Shown: piece by piece, positions 24,077 through 36,829 of the stretch
Layout: every line of letters begins with the position of its first letter
Position numbering within the stretch: the stretch's first letter is position 1
Source of the DNA: Octopus sinensis
Taxonomy: Eukaryota
Reading direction: 5' to 3'
DNA length: 64,000 nt
Assembly (NCBI RefSeq): GCF_006345805.1
Contig: NC_042998.1
Coordinates: 47,678,001 to 47,742,000 of the forward strand
Position numbers and translations under genes: made by a program
The notes under the pieces: model-generated
Database searches by the model: none
Told to the model about the DNA's origin: nothing
The model's input: only the letters and a program-made list of their open reading frames with translations

Positions 24077-24530
24077 GTGTGTGTGCATGTATATGTATGC
24101 ATGTGTATATGTATATAGTCAGCTCAAATAAATAAACAATTCAAAATAAAAAAATTCATATAAAACCAAAAAGAAAACGAACGTGGGGACGTGCACGAGA
24201 AATATATTAGCTTGGCGCTAATATATATGGGAAAAAGAAAGAAAGGGATTAAGAAATCCAGAAAGATATTAGTAAAACACTGAATTTTAAGCGAATTTGG
24301 TTCACTACATGAAACAATTAGACACCTATGGATGCAAGTAGAATACACATCCAAGGTATTCCCTCATGTACGACAAGTTGATTCAAATATTATTGAGAAG
24401 AATCTTGAAAAATTCAGAGTATTAGACAACGAAATTACCGATAGACAAAATCTCATCTTTAACTAAAGAATTCAACATAAAAAAAACAATTGCTTCTATT
24501 GTACCAACATATTTGTACCAACATATTTAG

Positions 24531-24825
24531 CTGTCTCCTTGGAATATGCCTTTGAGATACTGTATTCTGTCAGTGATAATACAGTCACTCCTTGTGTTTA
24601 ATTTCAAGATGGTGGCCAACAATGAAGTTAGGTCAGCTATGGCTTTGACTATTCTCACTGGAATTTTAGCAAGCTGAAGAGCTTCTAGCATCCATGGGTG
24701 GGGAACAGAGTCAAAGGTATGCATGTATGTATGTATATGAGCTGACGTCTGGTCGGTTTAGAATAACTTGTAGGTCTTAGGAGCCATATAAGACGTCATC
24801 AGCGGTAGAAATACGAAACTTCAGA
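24531..24825 (-). repeat. Local duplicate of the Dong RT fragment plus its flank (copy of 26929-27295)
   Basis: Same sequence from CTGTCTCCTTGG to GAAACTTCAGA; about six substitutions and a much shorter (TATG)n. Confidence 0.95.
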
Positions 24826-25208
24826 AATTAATATATCCGAAAATACATGTTAACACAACGTTTTCAAGGCGATCCAAAAATTAGTTAAATTTAAGATGAA
24901 AAAGGTTGTTAACATATATTTCCGGATATATTAATTTCAATGATATTTTCTATATCTAAATATGTTGGTACAACAGAGACAATTCTCGGCTTTGTATGGT
25001 GAATTCTACAATTAATGATGGGATTTTCTCTATCCTTATTTTTCATATATATATATATATATATACGGATGGATGAATTGATGGATGGATGGGCGGCTGT
25101 ATATATATGTATATATGTATGTATGTATATGTATATATGTATGTATGTATGTATTTTTGTATGTATGTATGTATGTATGTATGTATGTATGTATGTATGT
25201 ATGTATGT

Positions 25209-27117
25209 GAAGATTTGTATGTTTTATGTATGTGTTCTCAAGCATATAGTTGCATATCTAGACATGCTTATATACATTTAAAGGATAAACTTCTGGAAAG
25301 TTTTACTTATTTTTATAGTTCCAGCGATGGATTGGATCTGTAGTCTTCGAATTAGCTTTCTCCATTCTGGTTTTGAGAAGCCTAATTTCTCAAGATTGGT
25401 ATTTAGGTAGTGTTACATATCCCAGGGTCCCAATAATTACAGGTATAAACCTGAACCCGTAATCTGGATAGAGTAACTGCAGATTTCTCAATAGTTAAGG
25501 ATAGGTGTTCTCTTTTTCACTGATCTTCAGCTTTATGTTAACATCCGCTGGGTACCTAATTTCCACAACTGTGTACAGTTTCTCTTCTATATCCCAAATC
25601 ATTATATCTGGTCTGTTGCGCTTATATTTTATTGAGGTCTTCGCTGGTACATTTCACCAGTATTCCTTTTTATTATGAGTGGCTATGGTTTCTACCATAT
25701 TGTGAGTTCTTATTTCTTTGTCTTCGGGATTATCCCTCCGACGGATTTCATTATAGAGTGTTCTAGCTACAACGTCATATGTCTCATCAGTGAATAATAC
25801 CGTGATGACATTTTCTGTCAACTGCTTATGATGTGGGTGATATCTTCAGTGTGAACTCCATGAAGTCTGCATCGGTTGTCACATTTTACGGCTTTTCCTG
25901 CATCTCTAGCCCTTTTGTGCATCAGGTGCTTGGTTGATATTTCCTGTTCCTGGATTGCAAATGCATACCCTTCAAAGTGGAAGGTAGTAATCCGGCTATT
26001 AGCCCATGATAAACTGCTTTGATTACTAATGTTACTATCATCACGGAGCTTTCTACTGACATATCCATGCATAGTCTTCTACTCGTATAGTCTCATCTTT
26101 TCATCTGATGATACGTTGCAGTAGAGTCATGCGACTTCTTTGGGTATGTATTCTAGGTTATCAGACAAAGAGTGTTGCTGTTATGCAAACTTGGCGAGGG
26201 ATGCACTTCGATACTTGGTGGTTAGAAGATGTTGCCGAAGGGATATGATGCGTCATTCAAAGGCATTTTGGATTGATGTTAAGCCTCTGCCGTTTTGTTT
26301 TCGTTTTAGGTAGAGGCGGTCTACATCATTGTTTGTATGGAAATTATGTGTGCTTGTTAGTATTTTTCAGGTTTTCACATCAATGGCTCGGATCTCATCA
26401 AGCGTCCAGTCAAGCAGCCCAAATATTGGTATGAGTACTGGCACTGCAAACACATTGTGAGCCACTGTTTTAATGAGTGCAGAGAGTTTCTGGGATCCAG
26501 ATTTTCTTTATTCGGCTGTAATATTCTTCAGTGACACGTGTTTTGTTACAGGTGCCATTGTAAGATATATTTTCATCCACCTTAAATACCTGTAACATTC
26601 CTCATCAGATACAGAGTAAACAGTCAAATCATTGATGGGGATGTTACTAGTCTGGTTTATAGTTTTCCCCCTTTTCACAATCATAATCATATAACAACAT
26701 TTATCCTGACCAAATTCCAACTCTGCCTCCTTTGAGAATGCTGTAACTAGGTCAAGGCTCTTTTTCATCTCATGCATATTCTTTGCATAACGTTTTAAAT
26801 CATCCACAAAGAAACAGTGAGTAATTTTGGTATTTCTGTTTCCTTGTGAACCAGTGAGATATCCTTCAGACTTCCTTAACATGAATGACAAGGGGTTTAC
26901 AGAAAGTATAAACAACATCACAGAGAGACTGTCTCCTTGGAATATGCCTTTGAGATACTGTATTCTGTCAGTGATAATACAGTCACTCCTTGTGTTTAAT
27001 TTCAAGATGGTGGCCCACAATGAAGTTAGGTCAGCTAAGGCTTTGACTATTCTCACTGGAATTTTAGCAAGCTGAAGAGCTTCTAGCATCCATGGGTGGG
27101 GAACAGAGTCAAAGGTA
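25209..27117 (-). mobile_element. 5'-truncated R4/Dong-clade RLE LINE within (TACA)n
   Basis: RT motifs FDSVPH, GIFQGDSLS, HCFFVDDLK; DRLYLKRKQNGRGL; MHGY, FAIQEQEI, CRL..HTEDITHIISS; RPDIMIWD; (TATG)n directly abuts both ends. Confidence 0.93.
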
Positions 27118-27421
27118 TGCATGTATGTATGTATGTATGTATGTATGTATGTATGTATGTATGTATGTATGTATGTATGTATGTATGCATGTATGTATGT
27201 ATGTATATGAGCTGACGTCTGATCGGTTTAGAATGACTTGTAGGTCTTAGGAGTCATATAAGACGTCATCAGCGGTAGGAATACGAAACTTCAGATGTTT
27301 CTTAGAATGAAATAACCTAGAAGAGGTCTTACTAAGTTACTAGTCGGCTTCCAACATACACGCATGTGCATGTGTAAGCATATATAAATATAAATATATA
27401 TATATATATGTCTATATATGT

Positions 27422-27668
27422 GGAGGTGCGTGGCTTAGTGGTTAGTGTGTCAGCATCATGATCGTAAGATTGCGGTTTCGATTCCTGGACCGGGCAACGC
27501 GTTGTGTTCTTGAGCAAAACACTTGATTTCACGTTGCTCCAGTCCACTCAGCTGACAAAAATGAGTAACACTGCGATCGACTGGCGTCCCGTCCAGCTGG
27601 GGAACACATACGCCATAGAAACCGGAAAACCGGGCCCATGAGCCTGGCCAGGTTTTAAAGTGGCGCAA
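27422..27668 (+). mobile_element. SINE family C head with alternative tail
   Basis: GGAGGTGCGTGGCTTAGTGG..GGTTTCGATTCC..CACGTTGCTCCAGTCCACTCAGCTG, then tail CCGGGCCCATGAGCCTGG. Confidence 0.85.
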
Positions 27669-27675
27669 AGATGTC

Positions 27676-27707
<32 letters not shown>

Positions 27708-28082
27708 GTATATGTATATATCTAATATATACATACATTTATACAGATATATATATATATGTGTACGCACGCACACACATACACACACACACGCATACAC
27801 ACACCACACATTACAAAAATGCATTCGCATATAGCAACGATAACGCCAGCGGTTTCCTATATTTAGGAGCCAAATCTCTCTCAAATAACACCCTGCCGTT
27901 TTTAAACATGGAAGCACACATTGAATAACGTAGTTCCTGATATGCTCTATCAGAATAAAAGACGGAATGGTCATAGTTGGAATTCCATTCGGTTTTCGGG
28001 TCTACCACCAATATCAAGATCTAAAACTACCGTCACCATTACAGCTGTTGTTGCTGTTGCTGTTGATATTGCAACAACAACA

Positions 28083-28120
<38 letters not shown>

Positions 28121-28419
28121 CATTACCACTACCACTACAAGCCATGCTAGGCATATTGAATTGCGAGTAAGGCTAAGAGTTCGCATGCAATAGATACGTG
28201 TTTCGAAAAGAGAGAGAATCGTGTGTGAGAAAGGCGGTACTTAGCTTATACATCAAAGTGAACTTATCTAATTAAGGGAAAGATGTGACCTGATATTAGC
28301 CATTAAACAGAATTTGATAATTAAATTATATTATCAATTCTATGAAATATTCTAAGTTTAGGTGCCCATAGTGATTAAAGTGTGAAGAGTTTAAGAAATA
28401 ATCTAAGCGTACAAAATGT

Positions 28420-28605
28420 AATCATGTAATATACATACAGACATTCATATGCGTGTGTGTGTGTCTGTGTGTGTCTGTCTGTCTATGTGTGTCTCTGTGT
28501 ATGTATACATATATATATATATTTAATATATATATTCTCATACAATGCATATATATACACAAAACACATACTCTTTTATGTACATATATATGCATAACTA
28601 CATAT

Positions 28606-28651
<46 letters not shown>

Positions 28652-28891
28652 GCACAAGCACGCGCGTGCGCACACACACATGTATGTAAATAAGTATGTA
28701 TGTATGTATGTATGTATGTACGTATGTATATATATATATATGTATATATATACATATGCATATATATGTACATATATATGCATATATATACATATATATA
28801 TAATACATATATATATATATATATACACATATATATACATATATATATATATATAATACATATATATATATATACACATATATATATATAT

Positions 28892-28925
<34 letters not shown>

Positions 28926-29596
28926 ACGTATGTACATACATACATACATATTTCCATACATGTGTGTGTGCGCGCGTGCTTGTGCGTATATGCGTGATTC
29001 TGTACGCATATGAGTCTATATGTATCTAAGTGTATACGTATGCGTATGTAAATTATACTTTACCTCTCGCATCAATACACATATATCAGTGTGTCCACAT
29101 ATCCTTCTGTACAATCTTATCAGCCGCCATTTTATCGCTTATAAAAACACCGTCTGTAAAAGTTTTTGATAACGTGCAGAAACTTTAGATCCCTATCGGA
29201 CCGAACTGTGTTTATATGCTAAATATTAGAAGGAAATACATAGCACGCATAACAACACATAACCGCCCACACAAAATAAAAACACTTATACATAAATTTT
29301 CTGCCTCAGTCAGACATGTTTCTGTATTTGTATGTTATATATGCACACACATATATATACATAAAGATAGACAGACAGACAGACAGACAGACTGATAGAC
29401 AGACAGAGAGACAGACCGACAGAAAGATAGATAGATTGATCGATAGATAGCTAGATATACATATACATACATACACATATATATAAGTATATGTATATAT
29501 ATATATATATATATACTTACATACATATAAATACATACACACCTATACACACACACACACACCCGCATATATATATATATATATACATATGTTGTG

Positions 29597-29644
<48 letters not shown>

Positions 29645-30087
29645 TGTGTGTGTGTATAAGCAACGATTTATATATGTACATGTATATATGTATATATATT
29701 ACTATATATACATATATATACATACATATGTCTATTTGCATGTGTGTATGTGAGTTTGTGTGTGTGTGTGTGTGTATGTTTAGATAAATATTTTATTTTT
29801 CTTCGTATAAAGGTTATATATGAATTTGCAAGTGAATAATTCGTAGAATATCAAGTGTTGTATATTTTTTTTACTAGATAGATTAGTCATTAGATAGCGT
29901 TCAGGCTGAGGTACCAATAATTTAACCAATAATACAGGGCGTAGAAGGTATTTCATGCTTCTATCAAAGCCGGAACTACTAGTTTGGTAAACGAATTGCT
30001 TAACGTCGCAAACGTGCTTACGTACATATACATATACATACATAAACACACACACAACGTATGTATACACACACACAACGTATGTAT

Positions 30088-30120
<33 letters not shown>

Positions 30121-30160
30121 CAAACATACACACACATACACAACGCACAAACACACTCAT
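28420..30160. repeat. Microsatellite-rich block: (TA)n, (CA)n, (GACA)n, (TACA)n
   Basis: Direct reading; interspersed with short unique stretches. Confidence 0.9.
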
Positions 30161-30440
30161 TTTATTTATTTATGCGCCCTTTTCAAGCCTAGCCAGGCTC
30201 ATGGGCCCGGTTTCCTGCTTTCTCTGACGTATGCATTCCCCCCAAAATAACAGGAAGAAAGAGTGAGAGAGAGTTGGGTCGAAATAGTACAACAGGGGTC
30301 ACCACCACCACCTGCCGGAGACTCGTGGAGCTTAGGTGTTTTCGCTCACTAAACACACACAACGCCCGGTCTGGGAATCGAAACCGGGATCCTCCGACCG
30401 CGAGACCGCTGCCCTAACCACTGGGCCATTGCGCCTCCAC
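30160..30440 (-). mobile_element. SINE family D with CCGGGCCCATGAGCCTGG tail
   Basis: Reverse complement starts GGAGGCGCAATGGCCCAGTGGTTAGGGCAGCGG; same head as 18527. Confidence 0.85.
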
Positions 30441-30863
30441 ACACTCACTCATATACATATATAAACTATATGCATACATGTGTATGTTCATTGGAAAAAT
30501 TATGAGTTAATATTATTTGTTCCTACAAATGTTTTACCATTATAGTTACTTGGATTCCAGCATTGGTGGTTTCAGGTGAATATCGTTGCTCAATCAGAAC
30601 AGGTTACCAGGAAACTTGTTATTACGTTAAGTTACAAAGAACTAATGTAATCTGTAACCATAACGATGAACACATGTAGGAGCAAATAATATTAACTTGT
30701 GTTTATCTCAATTAATTAACCACTATACTGGAAGTAGTGAGGGCTGTAATCTACATGGAGCTGTAAACATAACAGTGACAGTCGTGCTGCAATTTTACAC
30801 ACAAAATACACACACACACACGTGTGTGTATGTGTGTGTGTGTATGTATGCATATGTATATAT

Positions 30864-31055
30864 AGGGAGAATTCAAAAAAAAAATAAAAGACGAAGACAG
30901 GTGGTGTAGACAACAAACAGATGTATTAGTATAACGCTCAGGAAGTGAAAAGGTCTTTAACGTTTCGAGCCTACGCTCTTCCACAGAAAGGAACACAGAA
31001 AGAAACAAGGAGAGAAAATAAAGAATGTGTAATGGCTAGCGATCTATCCTGGCGA
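30864..31055 (-). mobile_element. Hammerhead-like short element family F, ending in (TA)n
   Basis: Near-identical to 43377-43564 and homologous to 53183-53370; motif at 30955-30990 is cttt-CTGTGGA-A-GAGC-gtag-GCTC-GAAA-CG-T-T-aaag. Confidence 0.9.
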
Positions 31056-31499
31056 ATATAACGATCTGCATGCACATCCCTTATAACAAGTTCACCTACA
31101 TGCAAACTTGGGATGACTTAGATTTACTCCAAGTCATTGTGTGTTAAAAACGCAAGATTCTCGAAACTAAGTAAATGAAATATCAGACACCCGTGTTTCA
31201 GCAAAATTTCGCTTCTTTAGTGGCAAATACCAATTCGGTTATATGCAGTTACCAAAGGAATTCCTGTTCCTAGCTAAAAAAAACATACTGATTCTGGATT
31301 AATTTTCCGGTGTTTTTTTTTTTTCTTAATTTTTGACAGCGGTTGAGTTCATCTTTAGTATTTTCATTTGTAAGAGCTGTCGAGTTTATTTCAGATATTC
31401 TCATTTTAAAAATCATATCTGGCTAATCGTTGAGAAGACGTTGGTGTTGCCTTGGCAGAGGTTTGCGCTCTCTGAGTGCTCTTGTCGTTGTTGTTGTTG

Positions 31500-31563
<64 letters not shown>

Positions 31564-31976
31564 TATGCTGTATATGTATACCTTTATGTGTCTTTCCCCC
31601 TCATTGAGGGACCTCCTCCTTTTATTTTGTAGAGCCTTGATTTAGACGCACAACACTTTCTTTGGTACCATTAGCACATACTAGTCCAGGTTTAGACTTG
31701 TATGCATTTTAACCTGATGTAATAAAAAATGCACTTTTCCGGAGAATAATCAGTATAATCAACACGAAACTTAAGAAACCTTCCACTATCCTGGAGGCGA
31801 TGTGCGTATGTCTGTGTTTGAATATGAAAGTGGTTGTATGTGTGAATCCATGCAGTTACGCATGTTTCAACTTGAGTAATCGTAAATAGAGGTAGATGCA
31901 GAGATAACACGAGAGAGAAGCGGGGAAGAAGAGTAAGAAAAGCAAAAGGCAAAGGTACATAGAGAGGGGAAAAGTG

Positions 31977-32008
<32 letters not shown>

Positions 32009-32587
32009 TGCAGGGTGGTAGACAGATATGTTATTTGCATTGAAGCCGATAAGGAACTTAACGTTTTTCTAACAGTTGTAAATAGTGATAAAAAAAACAT
32101 AAAGAAGACTTAAATGTAAATTAAATAAAATCATGTAAAATAAAAATTTAGCAAATGTTCAAAAAATGTTAGAGGCAGGAATTGAATTTACCTTTTGCAA
32201 TGGCTCAAAATTACCTTAGATCAGATGTCATAGCTGAAGTGAAAGTAACTGAGAGAAAGTGAAGATAGAGACGTGTTGGTCTCACGAAACGCCGTTCTTT
32301 TAACAGTGAGTGTAATTTTGGTTATCAAATTTAAGTGGTTTTACTCTGATATTTTTTCTTTTTTTTTTTCATTTTGGTTTTTGTCTATTTTATTTTTGCA
32401 CTTATTTAAAAGTTCAAACTTGCTTCTTTGCTGCCATTAACGCTAATATTGTGTCCAATGCTTGTGTCTGCGCTTGTGTGTGTGTGTATATGTGTAGATG
32501 CGCATGTTAGTTTTACGCCTGCACGTGTGTGTGAGTTTTAGCCTTTTTTGTTAACGTACTGGTAGATGGAAACTGAAAGGAGGTCTC

Positions 32588-32636
<49 letters not shown>

Positions 32637-32651
32637 TAGATAGATATATAT

Positions 32652-34061
32652 AATCATTGAAAACCATCCTAACAAATGCCAAAGTACTGCCAACCACAAC
32701 AACTAAACCCACAGTAAACAAATGCAATAGACCCAACTGTGGTATATGCATCACCTAATAGAAGGTCCGGAATTCCTTTTTAAACAAGGACAACGTTTCA
32801 CAGTAAAACACAACTTCACATGCGCATCAGAAAACCTAGTATATGTCTTAACTTGCTCGGGCTGTAATGAACACTACATAGGCCAAACTAAAAATAGCCT
32901 CCGCCAACGCATGACTGTCCACAATCCCAAATAAAAATACAGGAATACAGAAAAATAGCACTTAGTGCACATATTGATACCTGTGCCGCACAACTTATCC
33001 CCATTTTAGAATCTTTCCCCTCTACAAATTTAAGACAATGCCACTCATACCAGCGAATAACATGGAATCCCACCTTATTAATAAATACAGACCACTTCTA
33101 AAACACATCCCCTATAACACGAACCACAACAAACACACTTACACCTGCACACACCCTACACACACTTTTAACCCAATATTAACACCATGACACACGCGCA
33201 AAATATGGTTCCACACATACACATAATTTGATACGGGTGCAAAACATCCAACACTATTTTTTGGAAATGACTGTAAATATTGACTTCACACAAACACGTT
33301 GCTTCCCGATACAAGCACAAGGCCAGCAGAACTATAAATATTGAAAATTGTACCCACACACGCACACATATATACACGTGCGCGCGCCCCAACATACATA
33401 TAGACACACACACACGCGCGCGCGCGCACACACACATACATACATATAGCTCTTCCTGTCCTAAACGAACTTACTTATCCAGCTCAAATGCAGTCAAGCG
33501 AAAATACACTCCTTAACTACGCGCTAAAAGAATATTTAAAATATCCACAATGACGTCTACTTGACCAGCCTGAACAATAAGAATTTTCAACAACGCTATT
33601 TTCGAAAACTCCATACACCACCACCCACCCAACATCATTCTAAACATCCACGTGACCTCTTTATTATGACCAATAAGAAATTTTAGGCGCGACACTAGCC
33701 AAATTTTAACATCTCTGGAGCCTATTTTCTTACCCCAACACCACTTCCATTCAAACATTCAACGTGACCCCTTTATAATGACCAATCAAAATTGTATTGA
33801 CCATTGTCCACAAGAAATTTTAGGCGCGAAACCAAGCAAATCTTAAACAACTCTGGAGCCTCTTTTTTCACATATAAGAGACAGCAAACCCAACATAAAG
33901 TCAGATAAGAGAAAAAAATCTATCAGAAAGGAACTCTATCTCTCTTTAAAAATATCTTTTGATAAGCATAACAAATGCGCAACCGGTAAAAAGAACTTTC
34001 ACCTAATTAAATAGACTCTCCCTTACTTAAATTATTTTGTCAGCATTTTCTTCATTTCCTT

Positions 34062-34062
<1 letters not shown>
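32652..34062 (+). mobile_element. Penelope-like element 3' part: GIY-YIG endonuclease plus pseudo-LTR (Neptune-like linker)
   Basis: KCNRPNCGICHHL linker, then NFTCASENLVYVLTCSGCNEHYIGQTKNSLRQRM..H and HIDTC..FRIFPLYK; downstream repeated CCAAT motifs and a decayed hammerhead at ~33955-33994; flanked by (TA)n. Confidence 0.88.
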
Positions 34063-34115
<53 letters not shown>

Positions 34116-34313
34116 CATATATATATACTTTTCTATCTAGGCACAAGACGTCTACCTGAGGTTAAAATATCAGTATCATCTGTTCTTACAGAACACCCAC
34201 GTTTAGGTGGTGATAGGTGGCGATAAACATTACTTCTCGGTATAAATACTGTTTTCTAAACAAGATAGTTTGCTTGTTGCAAGCGGTTAGAGAACTCCCT
34301 ATTCTAAGCCCGG

Positions 34314-34374
<61 letters not shown>

Positions 34375-34844
34375 TGTGTGCGTGCGTGCATGTGTGTGTG
34401 TGTGTGTGGTGTGTGCGCGCGCGCGTGTGTGTGTGTGTTAGGAACCAAATCTTCCTCACTTTAGCAAATAGACTTGAACTGTTAGAATCTCTCACCATAT
34501 AGCTTGAAGCGAAGTCGAAATGTAAATCCCGTGAAGTATCTTATGTAACCTAAAGAGGCTATTGTACACTGTGCGTTGCATCTGGTGTTATGGCATCGTT
34601 CCACGCCCACTAGGGAGCAGTGCAACATTAAGCCAAAACGATTATTGTGCTAATAAATGCATCTTATTACACTTCGTTTTCTGTATTAATCTTTTAAAAT
34701 ATATCCTACGTGCATCTTGGAATTCCGAACGTAGGTCCAAAGACCAACGCACAGTATCGCTGATGACGCCTGGTAGCGATAAATGGTGAACGTGCTCTGC
34801 TGACACACTACCTGGGACTTATCCTGAAATAAGGTTTGTGTGCG

Positions 34845-35000
34845 TGTGTGTTTGTCCTTTGCCATCGCTTGACATTAGGTTTTGGTAGCAAGCTCCAGAA
34901 ATATAAATACTTGGGTCGATTCGTTAGACTAAAAATTCTTCAAGGTAGTGCCTCAACATCACCAGACTCTAATGACAGGAACAAGTAAAAGAAAGATAAA
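34845..35000 (+). mobile_element. SINE family B 3' fragment
   Basis: ATCGCTTGACA...GGGTCGATTCG...CAAGTAAAAG. Confidence 0.65.
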
Positions 35001-35029
35001 AAACATCATGTGTGTGTGCGCGCGTGTGT

Positions 35030-35317
35030 GAGTATTCTTCACTCCTGCTCCAGAGCGTCGTCTGCGGGGTCATTCCGAAAAGCTCTACCTGCGACGATTT
35101 CATCTCAATCGAAGGAGAGGAGCTTTCTCCGTCCGGGTTGCGGATCCGTGGAACAAGCTGCCAGACGAGATGGTGAAGATGCCGACGACCGCTTTGTTCA
35201 AAGCCTCCCTGGACCTCAAGTGGCCTGAACTCTTTACATGAACACCACCCTGTACTTAACTCCATGTCCCCCTACATGGCCTTGCTATTTGCTTTTGAGC
35301 CAAATTAACTAACTAAC
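35030..35317 (+). mobile_element. CR1-clade LINE 3' end with (TAAC)n tail
   Basis: FFTPAPERRLRGHSEKLYLRRFHLNRRRGAFSVRVADPWNKLP...FKASLD, the CR1 C-terminal RGH..KL/FS.RV...WN.LP motif. Confidence 0.88.
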
Positions 35318-36829
35318 ATACATGCATACATACATTCTTACATATACATACATACATACATACATACATACATACATACATACATACATACATACATGCA
35401 TGCATGTATGCATGTATAAGTTGATGAATTGAGATGAAGAAGCAGGTAACAAAGCAGTCAGGCAGGCAGAGAGACAGTCAGACAGACAAATAGACAGACA
35501 GAACCTGAATGAATCACTTGTAGCAATTTCTCGTCTCTTCGCCACCGAGCAAAATCGGCTAATTATTGGGGTTGTTACTACTGCTATTGATTATACATAC
35601 ATACATACATATATGTTTAACTGAGTGATCAAGCAAGCAAACAATGAGCTGGTTGGTGAAATAACTAAATTCAGAAGTGAAATTGAACTTGTGCGTGTGT
35701 CTGCTATCAGCGTATTGACCGTCCCAAGTTACAATGAAATTTGTTTCCACACACGACTTCACATCAAGAATCATCTAAAGAAACACTAAAACGATACACA
35801 AACACACACACACACACACATGCCTTGGGCCCTCGACTCCTCACAGAGTTGTAAGGCGTTGTCGTGACATACAGCGTGACTTATGCCTGTTTAAGTTTAG
35901 CGGAGCCCATCTCTTCAGAGATGATCACGACTAGTGTCTGAGAAAGATAGAGTGAGAGAGAAAGTTAAAGCCCATCAGGGGAGTGGTACTTTATCTACCC
36001 CAAAAGCATAAAAGGCAAAGTTTACCTCGGCGGTATTTGAACATAGTGCACATAAGTCCAGGACGGGCCCCGCTAAGCCTTCCATCCGACACTCTGGTGA
36101 CATTTAACTTACGATAAAAATAGTGAATATACATTAATCCCCTAATACATCGACTTATCCTGGAATTTTTGCATGTAAATGTTATGTTTTGTTTTAAATT
36201 TTTTATATATAATTCTCTAGAGTTTCAGCCATTTAACGAAAGTGATATGCGTGCGTGTGCGTAAGAGAAAGAAAGGGAGACAGAACGGAAGAAGGAAAGG
36301 GGAAATGTGAGAGAGACACAGACAGACAGACAGAAAGGCAGACAGAATGAGAAGAAGGAAGAGAAAGAAACGACTGGCAGTTTTGATAGGAATTAATAAA
36401 TCGGTGTCAAGCTGGTTAATGGCACAAACGAAAAAGCAAAAGACGTTGTCAGGAAGAACGTGAAGAGTATTGTGTAATGGTATACCAGCTTCAGTTATCC
36501 CGTAGCAGCAGGCGAGCTACTAATGTGAAAGGTGCGGCACACATTTTGACTTACTCATTGAGAGAGCTTCACAAGAAAAGACAAATCGGCCGGATCATTA
36601 CCTACCGCATAGACAACTTATAGATTATTATCTACAATCCAACCTTTTGACATTATGCATTAATATTCGAACTGCCGTCGCCTGACCACATTGAGAGAGT
36701 CGTTGTTCTATTAACGATGGTCGTATATAATCTACGTCTACATGTGTTTCTTTTAAGGGTCTTGTATTTCTGCTTGTGATTGTATTTTATTTCAGAATGA
36801 TTTTCTGTCTACACAAGTCTATACATATC

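Noticed and set aside
24740-24803. Hammerhead on the minus strand (CTGATGA-C-GTCTTA..TAAGAC), also at ~27210-27273
   Set aside because: The GAAA half of the core is missing; at most a relic.
31445-31490. Helentron-like 3' terminus (CCTTGGCAGAGG..GCGCTCTCTGAGTGC)
   Set aside because: No matching 5' subterminal repeat was found, and the segment is too short to call.
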